DNA of 64,000 bases from Dehalococcoidia bacterium (lineage in GTDB: Bacteria; Chloroflexota; Dehalococcoidia; Lucifugimonadales; VXLM01): the NCBI GenBank assembly GCA_963662435.1, contig OY759598.1:1-64000 (forward strand), read 5' to 3'. The position numbers and the translations under genes are program-made. The notes under the pieces were generated by a model that was given only the letters and a program-made list of their open reading frames with translations, searched no databases and was not told the origin of the DNA. Shown here one piece after another: positions 20,007 to 29,472 of the stretch; position 1 is the first letter of the stretch, and each line of letters starts with the position of its first letter.

Positions 20007-20453
20007 ACTAGAACCAGCCATTAAGGCTGGGAACCGCTGAGTAGTATAGGATCGGTGGTGGCTTCCTGTCAGGATACTCTCAGGTGCCTCCACTTCGCTT
20101 GGGTTGATGGGATCACAACGAGCTTCACGAAACTATCCATTACGTGTACCAACCTTTGCCAATGGGAATCATCGCGATTCTATAGTTGAATCTCTAGTTC
20201 GAAAGTTCTGTCTACAGTAAGAAACGGCTCACCGTCTGCGAATCGAACCAACAAGAAACACGCGATGTCGTAAATCGACTCCTTTGACTGATTGGCCGAC
20301 TCTGTGTGTACACCCGGTCGACAGTGCACCAGTATCTTGACCCATTACTGATCAAGCAGGAACTGACATGCATTCCACGTGTGCCAGTTGTCCACTCGGT
20401 TTAGGCACTTGCATCAAGCAATCTTCCCAACGGCCGGTGCTACTCTACCGTAA

Positions 20454-21629
20454 CTACGACGAATTACTACCTAAGTCACGGCCTGTCAGGTAATCCGCCC
20501 ACTCCTGCATGAGTGTGCGGCGGCGATCATACAGGTCGGATCGAGCATAGGCTTGTTCTGTCGAATTGCCCAAAGTGTGTGCAAGGGCGGCTTCTCCCAC
20601 CGCCCATGGCGTGTCAGTCATCTCCATAGTCCAGTTCTTGAAACTGCTGCGAAACCCATGCACTGTCCCTCGTTCGGCAAGCCCAGTCGCCGATAGGACC
20701 ATCATGAGAGTCATGTCACTCATCGGTCTACCGGATTTGAGGGGAGAGGGGAACACCAGACCCGACTCATCGCGCAAGATGCGTGCCTGATTCAACACTT
20801 CCATGGCCTGATCGCTTAGCGGTACCCGATGCTCCGCACCCGCCTTCATGCGCGAACCTTTGATACGCCACGTCCGTGAGTCCAAATCGATCTCATCCCA
20901 GGTTGCCCCCCTAGCCTCTACGGAACGGGCCACCGTCAGGACGAGGAAACGTAGACAGAGCTTCGCGGACAAGGAAGCCCCAGACTCATCGACGGTCTTG
21001 AGGGCCTCGCCCACTTCCCGATAAGGAAGAGAACGGAAGTGTTCTTTGACTAGCGGCATTTTCGGCAATGCCCCGTCTATGACTTCGCCTGCAGGATTGT
21101 GATCAATAAAGCCGTGCGACATAGCCCAGCGGAAGACGACTCTCATTCTCTGCCGAACCCGGCGCGCGGTCTCCGGCTTCGTCGTCCAAATCGGCTTGAG
21201 AACTGCCAATACGTCGGTGCGACTCACGCGGTCCACGGGTATGTCACCAATGACCGGGAAGGCGTAACGCTCCAGCATCCTTAGCCAACTCTGCGCATGC
21301 TTCCCGCTCCTCCAACGTGGTATATTCATCTCATGGACGGTCTTGGCAGCCTCGTTGAATGCCGGTTTGGAAGGCTTACGCTTTTCGGCAATGGGGTCGA
21401 GACCAGCAGCGATGGCCTTCCGGTTGTCTGCGCATCGTTGGCGTGCCTGTGCCAGTGAGACATCAGGATACCCTCCCAATCCGATGTCACGCCGGCGACC
21501 GTGGACCACAACGCGTTGAACCCAGGATTTAGTTCCAGATACCGTGACATTGAGAAAGAGGCCATCACCGTCACCATGCCGACCTTTCTTCCGAATCGTC
21601 TTGACCTTCGTCGCCGTGAGCTTCGCCAT
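20454..21629 (-). CDS. P4-like tyrosine integrase with an arm-DNA-binding domain
   Basis: HGDGDGLFL...KSW...GLGGYPDVSLAQAR N-domain; catalytic R (ARSVE), K (RMK), HGFR, LAH and Y (AYARSD). Confidence 0.93.
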   Translation of the reverse strand: MAKLTATKVKTIRKKGRHGDGDGLFLNVTVSGTKSWVQRVVVHGRRRDIGLGGYPDVSLAQARQRCADNRKAIAAGLDPIAEKRKPSKPAFNEAAKTVHEMNIPRWRSGKHAQSWLRMLERYAFPVIGDIPVDRVSRTDVLAVLKPIWTTKPETARRVRQRMRVVFRWAMSHGFIDHNPAGEVIDGALPKMPLVKEHFRSLPYREVGEALKTVDESGASLSAKLCLRFLVLTVARSVEARGATWDEIDLDSRTWRIKGSRMKAGAEHRVPLSDQAMEVLNQARILRDESGLVFPSPLKSGRPMSDMTLMMVLSATGLAERGTVHGFRSSFKNWTMEMTDTPWAVGEAALAHTLGNSTEQAYARSDLYDRRRTLMQEWADYLTGRDLGSNSS

Positions 21630-21946
21630 AGTCTCCCTCGTGTCCCAAATGATCCCATGTAATCCCACACTTATACCCACATCATTTATGCGATTATACG
21701 GGAAGCGATGGGATCGCACAAGCCTTCAGAGAGGCAAATACAGCTACGAACACGGGAGCAATTGGGTCTTCCTGGGAGTTATCTGGAGTACGACATGTCT
21801 TCGGAGTGAGGAATCCAAAATCCTCGCCTTCCAGGACTCGCTCCATATGCAACATCCTCAACTTTCTCCCTCCCTGCGACCTCCGCGCCCTCTGCGGTGA
21901 ATCGACTTCAGGGCTACCCAGAAACCTTGAGGAAGCCAGGCATACG

Positions 21947-21975
21947 TTGACCGGGGCACGTGTCGTTGGGATAAT
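21947..21975 (+). promoter_or_regulatory. Sigma70-like promoter of tRNA-Leu
   Basis: TTGACC-N17-GATAAT, 18 nt before the tRNA. Confidence 0.6.
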
Positions 21976-21993
21976 TGAAGCGTGTAAGTGCCT

Positions 21994-22081
21994 GCCGAAG
22001 TGGCGGAATGGTAGACGCGGCGGTCTCAAAAACCGTTGGGAGTTAAATCCCGTGTGAGTTCGAGTCTCACCTTCGGCACCA
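21994..22081 (+). tRNA. tRNA-Leu(CAA)
   Basis: Acceptor stem GCCGAAG/CTTCGGC+ACCA, D arm GGCGGAATGGTAGACGC, anticodon loop CTCAAAA, long variable arm, T loop TTCGAGT. Confidence 0.96.
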
Positions 22082-22202
22082 CAAGTCTGTCCCTACTTGA
22101 TGGCCCGCCCTCAACTTCCAAGCGTCGACAATAGAGGGGAACACGTGTGTCCCCCAGAATGAATAATATATCCGACATTTTGTGTCAATCGTAGGTGTAT
22201 AT

Positions 22203-23324
22203 ATGTTGAGATTTCTTGCTCTTCTTGTAGCCCTTTCTCTAGCGCTGCTTACCTCTGCCTGCTCCGAAGAATCCCCCATGCCATCGACCAGCACACCCTA
22301 TCCTGCATCTCAGACATCGCCGACTCCCACTCAGCCTGTCCTCCCTACTAGCGCATCAATTACGAGAACCGCACCCTCTCCAACGTCAGAACCAACTGTC
22401 AGTTCTCAGCCTACTTCGAGTACAGAACCTACAGTGATGCCCGCACTGTCTCCAACACATCAGCCATCGCCAGCACCCGAAGTCACCGTCACGCCTGTAC
22501 CGACTGCTACACCTGTCCCAACCTCTACGCCTGCGCCAACTTTCACGCCCACGGCGACTCCTACTCCTAAACTCAGTCTCGATCCGGGCACCTACAAGGT
22601 GGGCACAGATATTCAACCTGACATCTATGTAGGTCGTACGGGCACAGGTGTATTCCACAGTTGCTATTGGGCGCGTCTTAGTGGTGCGACAGGAAATTTC
22701 GACGAAATCATCGCCAACGATAATGCCGTAGGCCAATTCTATGTTGAGATTAAGCCGACCGACGCATATTTCCAGACTGGATGCGAAATCACTCCCATTG
22801 GGGATTGGCCCAAGCCAATTGAAACGATGACAAGAGTCGGAGCGGGCATGTACATGGTCGGGCGAGATATTACTCACGGCGTTTACGCAGGGGTTGCCGA
22901 TGAGGGCCTTTCCGAATCGTGCTACTGGGCCCGTCTAAGCAATGCATTAGGTGACTTTGACGGTGTCCTCGCCAACGGCAATGCAGAAGGTCAATTCTAC
23001 GTTGAAATTCAAGACACTGACGCGTACTTCCAGACAGGGTGTGAAATCACTGCACTCGCCGAATGGCCTTCTCCCGACCAACCACACACAGCCGTTCTCC
23101 AAGGAATGTACTTAATTGGGCGCGATATTGGCCCCGGCACCTATCGTGGCGAGGGAGGCCAAGGCACTCTGGAATCCTGTTACTGGGCTCGTCTTAGCGG
23201 ACTCTCCGGCGAACTCTACGACCTCATCACTAACAACAATTCCAACGGCCAGTTCTACGTGACCGTTGTGGCATCCGACTATGCCCTGCAGACCGAATGC
23301 AAACTCACCCTCACGGATGAATGA
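22203..23324 (+). CDS. Lipoprotein with a Pro/Thr linker and three tandem G.Y.VG.DI...CYWARLS repeats
   Basis: Lipobox LLTSAC; three ~85-aa repeats, each with CYWARLS and GQFYV. Confidence 0.85.
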   Translation: MLRFLALLVALSLALLTSACSEESPMPSTSTPYPASQTSPTPTQPVLPTSASITRTAPSPTSEPTVSSQPTSSTEPTVMPALSPTHQPSPAPEVTVTPVPTATPVPTSTPAPTFTPTATPTPKLSLDPGTYKVGTDIQPDIYVGRTGTGVFHSCYWARLSGATGNFDEIIANDNAVGQFYVEIKPTDAYFQTGCEITPIGDWPKPIETMTRVGAGMYMVGRDITHGVYAGVADEGLSESCYWARLSNALGDFDGVLANGNAEGQFYVEIQDTDAYFQTGCEITALAEWPSPDQPHTAVLQGMYLIGRDIGPGTYRGEGGQGTLESCYWARLSGLSGELYDLITNNNSNGQFYVTVVASDYALQTECKLTLTDE

Positions 23325-23349
23325 TCCGTGCTTGCCAAAAGGCTCTCCC

Positions 23350-24696
23350 TCAATTATCCTCCAACTTCTCGTACGCCCCAAACGTGAACGTGAACAGTTC
23401 GAACCTGTCTGAGTTCGAGCTGAGCTGCAGTTCGTGCTGCTCGTACTCAGCCGTCCTGATGAGCCGGTACATCCTCGCCTCGTCGACCTCCAGATAGCTG
23501 TTCCCCATGTCGTCGAACCGCACGTCGGTGTCGGCATCACCCGGGGACAGGGGCATCCCGTCGAGGGTGATCTTCACCCGGTACGGATCACCACCGTCGT
23601 GTCCAAGCACGGCGTTGACGGTCTTGGCATTGAACTTGATGGCGAGGTAGTCCTCGAATCTCTCAGTCGCGCGGGCATGTGTCAAACTCTCCGGCCCGAC
23701 ATGCCAGAAGCCCTGCATATAGAGGCGCTGGTTCTCGTGCTCAGGCACGTCCTCGAAATACACGTCCGTGTCTAGCCCCTCGTAAAACTGCTCGTACAGC
23801 ACCCATGGTCTCGGCGGCGGGAACCGGTGAAACGGTAGGTTGCGCTTGTACCCCGCGTAGATCTCGCGCGTCCGTGCAAGCTCACGGTCCCCAACCCTGC
23901 CCGCCCGGTCAATCTCCGGGTCGAGATGGTAGTCTTCCGGCTCGAACGGCACCGAGGAAACGTCTATCCCCGCCTGCCGGAGCCAGTGCCGGATGGTCTG
24001 CTCCATGGCGACGTATCCACCCTCCCCGACCTCCGCGTAGCGGATGATGCCGTCCACGTCCAACAGGTACTTCGCGGGCCACGCCGAGACGCCAAATGCG
24101 TCCCATGTCTCTGCGTCGTTGTCCAGCGCCACAGGGTAGTCGATCCCCAGCCGCTCGACGGCCGCCCGGACGTTCTCGGCGTCCTTCTCGAAGTCGAACT
24201 CCGGCGTGTGCACGCCGATTGTGTGAAGCCCCAATGGGCCGTACTTCTCCTGCCATTCGAGGATGAACGGCAGGGTGCGAATACAGTTGATGCATGAGTA
24301 CGTCCAGAAGTCGATGAGAACGATTTTTCCCTGCAATGACGCGAGAGTTAGGGGATCCGAGCCGATCCACTCGTCGATGCCCGTGAGTGCCGGCGAAGGC
24401 AGGCCCTCCATTGGATGGGTGGTGTTGAGCAGGTCTTCCTCGGTCACGACATCGGTGGTGGCCGATATCGCAGATTGAGCGCTGACTACGACGGTAGGAG
24501 ACGGTTCGTCCGATTCAATTACGGCGGGCGTGACCGTAGCAGAGGGAATCTCGACCGGAGCGGCGATGGTGGGAGATGGTTCAACGGGCATAGAATCATC
24601 GCCGCATCCTATGGCGACCGAGCCGACAAGCAGGGTCACGAGTACAGTCAGGACGTATCCGGTTACGACGCTTCCCGCCTCTTTGTTCGAGTGCAT
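23350..24696 (-). CDS. DipZ-like thioredoxin/redoxin, probably a lipoprotein
   Basis: IDFWTYSCINCIRTLP, GVHTPEF, AWPAKYL, and a DipZ-type C-terminal domain (FTFG); signal-like ...SVAIGC. Confidence 0.85.
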   Translation of the reverse strand: MHSNKEAGSVVTGYVLTVLVTLLVGSVAIGCGDDSMPVEPSPTIAAPVEIPSATVTPAVIESDEPSPTVVVSAQSAISATTDVVTEEDLLNTTHPMEGLPSPALTGIDEWIGSDPLTLASLQGKIVLIDFWTYSCINCIRTLPFILEWQEKYGPLGLHTIGVHTPEFDFEKDAENVRAAVERLGIDYPVALDNDAETWDAFGVSAWPAKYLLDVDGIIRYAEVGEGGYVAMEQTIRHWLRQAGIDVSSVPFEPEDYHLDPEIDRAGRVGDRELARTREIYAGYKRNLPFHRFPPPRPWVLYEQFYEGLDTDVYFEDVPEHENQRLYMQGFWHVGPESLTHARATERFEDYLAIKFNAKTVNAVLGHDGGDPYRVKITLDGMPLSPGDADTDVRFDDMGNSYLEVDEARMYRLIRTAEYEQHELQLSSNSDRFELFTFTFGAYEKLEDN

Positions 24697-24760
24697 AGAC
24701 GTTACAACGAAGCGGCGGGGGCTATGGTATTCTTGGCCCTGCTCGCTTAGGAGTCCTCCT

Positions 24761-26248
24761 ATACGGATACATACCTCGCAACGGTACCGATGGTGGGTGT
24801 TCTCGGCCATTGGGCTGGGCATCTTCGTGTCCGTTGCCGACCACGGCAGCGTGGCCGTCGCGCTTCCGAGTATAGCAAACGAGTTCAACACCGACCTCCC
24901 GACCGTCCAGTGGGTGATGATCGCCTATGCCCTTGCGATAAGCGCGCTCCTCCTGCCCATGGGTCGCCTCTCCGACATAGTAGGGCGCAAGCGGCTGTAC
25001 ATCATCGGGTTCTCGATCTTCCTCGTTTCCGCTATGCTTTGCATGGTCGCTACAAACGTCGTCACGCTGATCGCCTCGCGTGTGCTGATGGGACTGGGCG
25101 CTTCGATGACGCAGGCGACAGCGACTGCCATTCTCCTCTCTTCTTTCGACGAGACTGAACGCGGCAAGGCCCTCGGCCTCCAGTTGAGCGCGGTCGGTAC
25201 CGGTGCGGTCGGCGGACCGGCCGTCGGCGGCTTCGTCGTGGATGCCTTCGGGTGGCGCGGCGTCTTCCTGCTCACGATGGCGCTTGCGGCTATAGCCATT
25301 GCCGTCGCGCTAGTCGTCCTGAATCGTCGAAGAACGGACGGGGCTCCAGCCGGGGACCGCTTCGACCTCGTCGGCGCAATAACGTCCACCGCGGTGCTAG
25401 TCGTGTTCCTGCTCGCGATGAGCAACGGAGCCGAGATGGGCTGGCGCGCTCCCCCCATCGTTGCGGGATTCATCGTAGTCGCCGGACTTGCGGGCTTCTT
25501 CACCTACTGGGAGTTGCGAAACCGCAGTCCGATGCTCGACGTAACATTGTTCCGCCACAAGGTATTCACCATCGGAGTCGTGGCGAGCGTGATCTCTTTC
25601 ATGAGCATCTCGTCGGTGCGATTCCTGATGCCCTTCTACCTTCAAACCGTGCTGGGCTACTCTCCCGGAAAGGTAGGGCTGGTCTTGGTGCCTGCGGCGT
25701 TCGCCATGATAATCATGGGCCCGCTGGGTGGCAGGCTCTCCGACCGCTACGGCTGGACTGCCTTCAATGTCGGCGGCCTGCTCTTTACCGCGACCGGACT
25801 GTTCATCCTTTCGCGGGCCACGGAGACCTCACCGGTCTGGCTGATAGTCCTCGGCACTGTGACTCAAAGCATCGGAACGGGTACGTTCAACGCGCCCAAT
25901 AACAGTTCGATTCTCAGCGTCGTCGAGCGACGCAAGTACGGCGTGATGTCGGGATTCCTGAACCTCGTGCGGAACACGGCAAACATCACCGGAATCGCCG
26001 TCGCGACCACGATCGTCGTCACGGTGATGGGCGCTCAGGGCTTCGAGCCAAGCCTCGCCGCGGTTTCCGATGCGGGAGCGCAAGGAGTGCTCGGAGCCTT
26101 CACATCCGGCATGAAGACTGCCTACCTCACCATGTCCGGGCTGGTACTAGTGGGCGCCGCGCTCTCAGTTCTCAAGGGTGGACGGGGCAGGACGACGGAC
26201 GCAAAGTATGTAACCGAAGCCAGCGCGCGGAATGGCCGCGCAGACTGA
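24761..26248 (+). CDS. MFS transporter, DHA2 (EmrB/QacA-like); start uncertain
   Basis: VALPSIANEF, GRLSDIVGRK motif A, GPAVGG, many TM segments. Confidence 0.88.
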   Translation: MRIHTSQRYRWWVFSAIGLGIFVSVADHGSVAVALPSIANEFNTDLPTVQWVMIAYALAISALLLPMGRLSDIVGRKRLYIIGFSIFLVSAMLCMVATNVVTLIASRVLMGLGASMTQATATAILLSSFDETERGKALGLQLSAVGTGAVGGPAVGGFVVDAFGWRGVFLLTMALAAIAIAVALVVLNRRRTDGAPAGDRFDLVGAITSTAVLVVFLLAMSNGAEMGWRAPPIVAGFIVVAGLAGFFTYWELRNRSPMLDVTLFRHKVFTIGVVASVISFMSISSVRFLMPFYLQTVLGYSPGKVGLVLVPAAFAMIIMGPLGGRLSDRYGWTAFNVGGLLFTATGLFILSRATETSPVWLIVLGTVTQSIGTGTFNAPNNSSILSVVERRKYGVMSGFLNLVRNTANITGIAVATTIVVTVMGAQGFEPSLAAVSDAGAQGVLGAFTSGMKTAYLTMSGLVLVGAALSVLKGGRGRTTDAKYVTEASARNGRAD

Positions 26249-26345
26249 TCAGTCGGCGCCGGACTCACGACCTGAGGCGTACTTGCATTGGCGGACATCA
26301 GGTAACGCGCACTTTATCAAGGCACGATTAGCTACTACCTGCACA

Positions 26346-26723
26346 CTATTGCAGGTACGACAAATCGTAGGCGAGGCGCAGAGAATTCGCTACCCTCAAG
26401 AGTCTCATGTCTTTCGTCCAGAGCTTGGCTGGAGCGGCGAGGGCAGTGGCTGCAAGCAGATGAGCATCGATGAATCCTATGCCTCGTCCCATCAAACGAC
26501 GCTCTTCTATGAGGTACAACACCTCAGCATGTGATGCTGAAGGTATAGTTGGAAGCCCCTTGAGATCTTGAAGCAACTCGTCACGATTGTGCAAGTTCCC
26601 ACATGCCAATTCTCCGATCACCATGGGATGCCCCAAGACCTGATTCTCCCTGAGAAGCGATGCGAGATGCGGCTCCTCGGCACGCAGGTGATCGACCCAA
26701 ACGGAGGTATCGACAAGTATCAT
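26346..26723 (-). CDS. vapC: VapC-family PIN toxin
   Basis: MILVDTSVWVDHLR, HPMVIGELACG, IGFIDAHLLA, LWTKD. Confidence 0.9.
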   Translation of the reverse strand: MILVDTSVWVDHLRAEEPHLASLLRENQVLGHPMVIGELACGNLHNRDELLQDLKGLPTIPSASHAEVLYLIEERRLMGRGIGFIDAHLLAATALAAPAKLWTKDMRLLRVANSLRLAYDLSYLQ

Positions 26724-26725
26724 GC

Positions 26726-26929
26726 TTACTCGGAGTTTCTGCGCGGTATGGACCGTAGCTGAGGCTCACTACCACCGAGACTCGCGAGTCTACGCGCGCT
26801 CTCTCGTTCTATGAGGGCGCGCAGACTTTCTTTCACGAGGGCGGTTCTGCCCTCGATTCCGGTGAGACGGCTTGCCTCTTTCAGCAGGTGGTCATCTATG
26901 TTGAGCGTCGTTCTCACACCGTCCTCCAT
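26726..26929 (-). CDS. vapB: VapB-family antitoxin
   Basis: RTTLNIDDHLL...ALIERESARRLASLGGSEP, directly upstream of vapC. Confidence 0.88.
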   Translation of the reverse strand: MEDGVRTTLNIDDHLLKEASRLTGIEGRTALVKESLRALIERESARRLASLGGSEPQLRSIPRRNSE

Positions 26930-27070
26930 GAATCAAGAGAGATACGCATCATATTATACATCATTTGATGCCATATGTGATGCCCAACTCACTACACTGG
27001 GTGTGGTCACACCAAAAGCGAGGTGAGAAAAGTGCATGCACACCAGGCGATTGGAATGTCGCCTTACTTC

Positions 27071-27127
27071 CGTTCACCCTGAGCCTGTCGAAGGGCGGTT
27101 TGAGATTCGACAATCTCACCACGAACG
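27071..27127. repeat. REP-like palindrome (GTTCACCCTGAGCCTGTCGAAGGG type)
   Basis: The same unit recurs at ~32490 and ~46454. Confidence 0.7.
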
Positions 27128-27182
27128 ACTTGCGGGATTCGGTTTCACATCCCTAACGCCGAGTGACCATTTCACTCATACT

Positions 27183-28604
27183 TCACCCCACCGGCGGCCG
27201 GTGCTGGATCCATGGGTGCGCTTGCTCGTAGGCCGCCGAGGCGGCGAAGACCGTTGCCTCTGCTCCGGGAGCGCCAATGATGTGCAGCCCTGTGGGCAGA
27301 CCGTCGGAGGCGAAGCCGCAGGGAATACTCGCCGCCGTCGAACCGATCATGTTGATCGGCATGCTGTATGGCGTGTAGCCCCAGAACCAGTGGACGTCCC
27401 GCCCGTCTATTTGCGACGGAGGTTCACCGACGGGGAATGCCGGCGTCGCGAGGCTCGGCGTCAGAATGAGGTCGTACTTGTCGTGTGCGTCGGCGAATTG
27501 CGACTTCATCCGGTCGACATAGCCGAGCGCGTTGACGAACTCCGCTCCGGTTATGTTCTTGCCAGTATCCAGTGACTCCTGCGCATACCACGTCAATTTA
27601 TCCCAGTGCTCATCGACTACACCGGCGACGCGAGCGTACATGATCGCGGTGAACAGCGGCCAGAATTGGTCAAACGGTGTGTCAAGCACGAGGTCGATCT
27701 CTTCCACCACAGCACCTAGGTCCTCGAACGCCCTTGCGGCATCAGCCGCCGAATCGAGGACGTCCTTCTCGACAGCAGCGAAGCCGAAATCGGGACTCCA
27801 GCCGATCTTCATTCCTTCAACGCCCCGCGAGAGCGCTGCAACGTAGTCGTCGGGCTCGTCTCGAAGTGCGCCCGGATCGCGAGGGTCGCGTCCTGCAAGG
27901 ACCTGCAGCAGCACAGCGGAGTCTTCGACTGTGCGCGTCATGGGGCCGGGCTGACTGAATAGGTTGGCAGTGGGCTCCGCTCCCGGCCCGAGGTAGTAGG
28001 ATATCCTCCCCTGGGTCGGCTTGATGCCGTAGATGCCGCAGAATCCTGCCGGAATGCGAATCGATCCACCCCCGTCGCTGCCAGTTGCCAGGGCGCACAG
28101 TCCCGCTGCGACCGACGCTCCGGCGCCTCCGCTCGATCCGCCCGTCGTACGCTCGGTGTTCCACGGGTTGCGGCAGTGGTCTCCGAGCCGGTTCTCGGTG
28201 TGACCGAGCAGTCCGTATTCCGGCGTATTCGTCTTTCCAAGTATGACGGCTCCCGCCTTCTTGACTCGCTCAACGACGACCGAATCATAAGCGGCAATGC
28301 GGTCGGCGTAGATCAGCGAACCGCTGGTCGTACGGATGCCCTCCGTCATCTCCAGGTCCTTGATCGATATCGGCAGCCCATGTAGAGGACCGAGATCGTC
28401 CCCACGGGCGACGGCCTTGTCGGCCTCAGCGGCCATCTCCAGGGCGAGATCGGACGTGACGGTCAGGTAGGAGTTGAACTGGGAGTCGAGGGCGTCGATG
28501 CGGTCGAGGTAGAGCTTTGTGATTTCGACCGACGAGACCTTCCTCTCGGCGATCATCGAGCGGATTTCAGTTGCGGGCAAATAGGCAAGATCGGTGTCTG
28601 ACAT
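27183..28604 (-). CDS. Amidase-signature family enzyme
   Basis: [26 protein letters not shown] and [12 protein letters not shown] (Ser-cisSer-Lys). Confidence 0.93.
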   Translation of the reverse strand: MSDTDLAYLPATEIRSMIAERKVSSVEITKLYLDRIDALDSQFNSYLTVTSDLALEMAAEADKAVARGDDLGPLHGLPISIKDLEMTEGIRTTSGSLIYADRIAAYDSVVVERVKKAGAVILGKTNTPEYGLLGHTENRLGDHCRNPWNTERTTGGSSGGAGASVAAGLCALATGSDGGGSIRIPAGFCGIYGIKPTQGRISYYLGPGAEPTANLFSQPGPMTRTVEDSAVLLQVLAGRDPRDPGALRDEPDDYVAALSRGVEGMKIGWSPDFGFAAVEKDVLDSAADAARAFEDLGAVVEEIDLVLDTPFDQFWPLFTAIMYARVAGVVDEHWDKLTWYAQESLDTGKNITGAEFVNALGYVDRMKSQFADAHDKYDLILTPSLATPAFPVGEPPSQIDGRDVHWFWGYTPYSMPINMIGSTAASIPCGFASDGLPTGLHIIGAPGAEATVFAASAAYEQAHPWIQHRPPVG

Positions 28605-28684
28605 GAGCGGCCTTCCAGTGGGAATGTGTAGCGGGGCGAGTGTAGCATCGGGCTATGAGGCAGTCAATGAAGACGAGGTATGGC

Positions 28685-28927
28685 CTAACAGTTCAGACTT
28701 CCTGAGAGCATTCAACACACCCAGCCATCGTCATACCCGCGAACGCGGGTATCCACAGGGGAGAGGGTGTTCCTCGCAACTGTTTAGAGTTGGTGGGATT
28801 GCACGAATTGTTCTCTCGCTGTCATTCTGAGGAACGCAACGACGAAGAATCTACAATCTCTCCCCCGGCGGGGGAGAGATAAAGAGAGGGGGTCTTCGCG
28901 TTCCTCTCATCAACTCTGAACAGGTAC
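28685..28927. repeat. Composite palindromic repeat cassette (MITE/REPIN-like)
   Basis: Ends CTAACAGTTCAGAC...CTCTGAACAGGTAC; shares ~70 bp near-identity with 46258-46328. Confidence 0.7.
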
Positions 28928-28986
28928 AGTATGGTGGTATACTCCTTATCGGACCTTCGATCACATTTGGCTAGGAGAACTACGAA

Positions 28987-29472
28987 ATGAGCTTGCAGCA
29001 GGCGACGCCAGGACCGTGGACGCACAATGAGGGCAACCCTACCCGCATCATAGGCCCGGACGACGAAACGGTCGCCGTCCTCTACGGTGGGGAGGTCGGA
29101 CTTGCAAAACAATTCGAGAACGCCGCGCTGATCGCGGCGGCGCCGGCCCTCTACTCCTACGTTGCCGAACAGTCCTCCGGCGGAGACTGTGATGCAACAG
29201 CGATCGTCGATGCGCTCCAGGGACAAGGTACCCTGTCCGGTCCGTGGAAGTACGACGACTTCAATCCCAGGCAGATCACCGACGCCGAAACGACGACCAT
29301 AGCGTCGGTATTCGGCAGGATGGGCGACGACCACATTCAGCTGGCAAACGCCAAGCTGATTGCTGCCGCTCCCGTTATGCGAGACTACGTTCGGTCACGT
29401 TCAAAAGCAGGCGACGATGCTGCTGCCGACCTGGTGAAGAGCACCGAGTCGAGGCAGGAGGCGGCAGCCTAG
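28987..29472 (+). CDS. Hypothetical protein with two tandem GPW...NAxLIAAAP repeats
   Basis: AGGAG RBS; internal duplication visible in the translation. Confidence 0.8.
   Translation: MSLQQATPGPWTHNEGNPTRIIGPDDETVAVLYGGEVGLAKQFENAALIAAAPALYSYVAEQSSGGDCDATAIVDALQGQGTLSGPWKYDDFNPRQITDAETTTIASVFGRMGDDHIQLANAKLIAAAPVMRDYVRSRSKAGDDAAADLVKSTESRQEAAA

Noticed and set aside
27183..28604. gatA
   Set aside because: Has GKTNTPEY and SIRIPA rather than the GatA-typical GKTNMDEF and SIRQPA; no gatB or gatC nearby.
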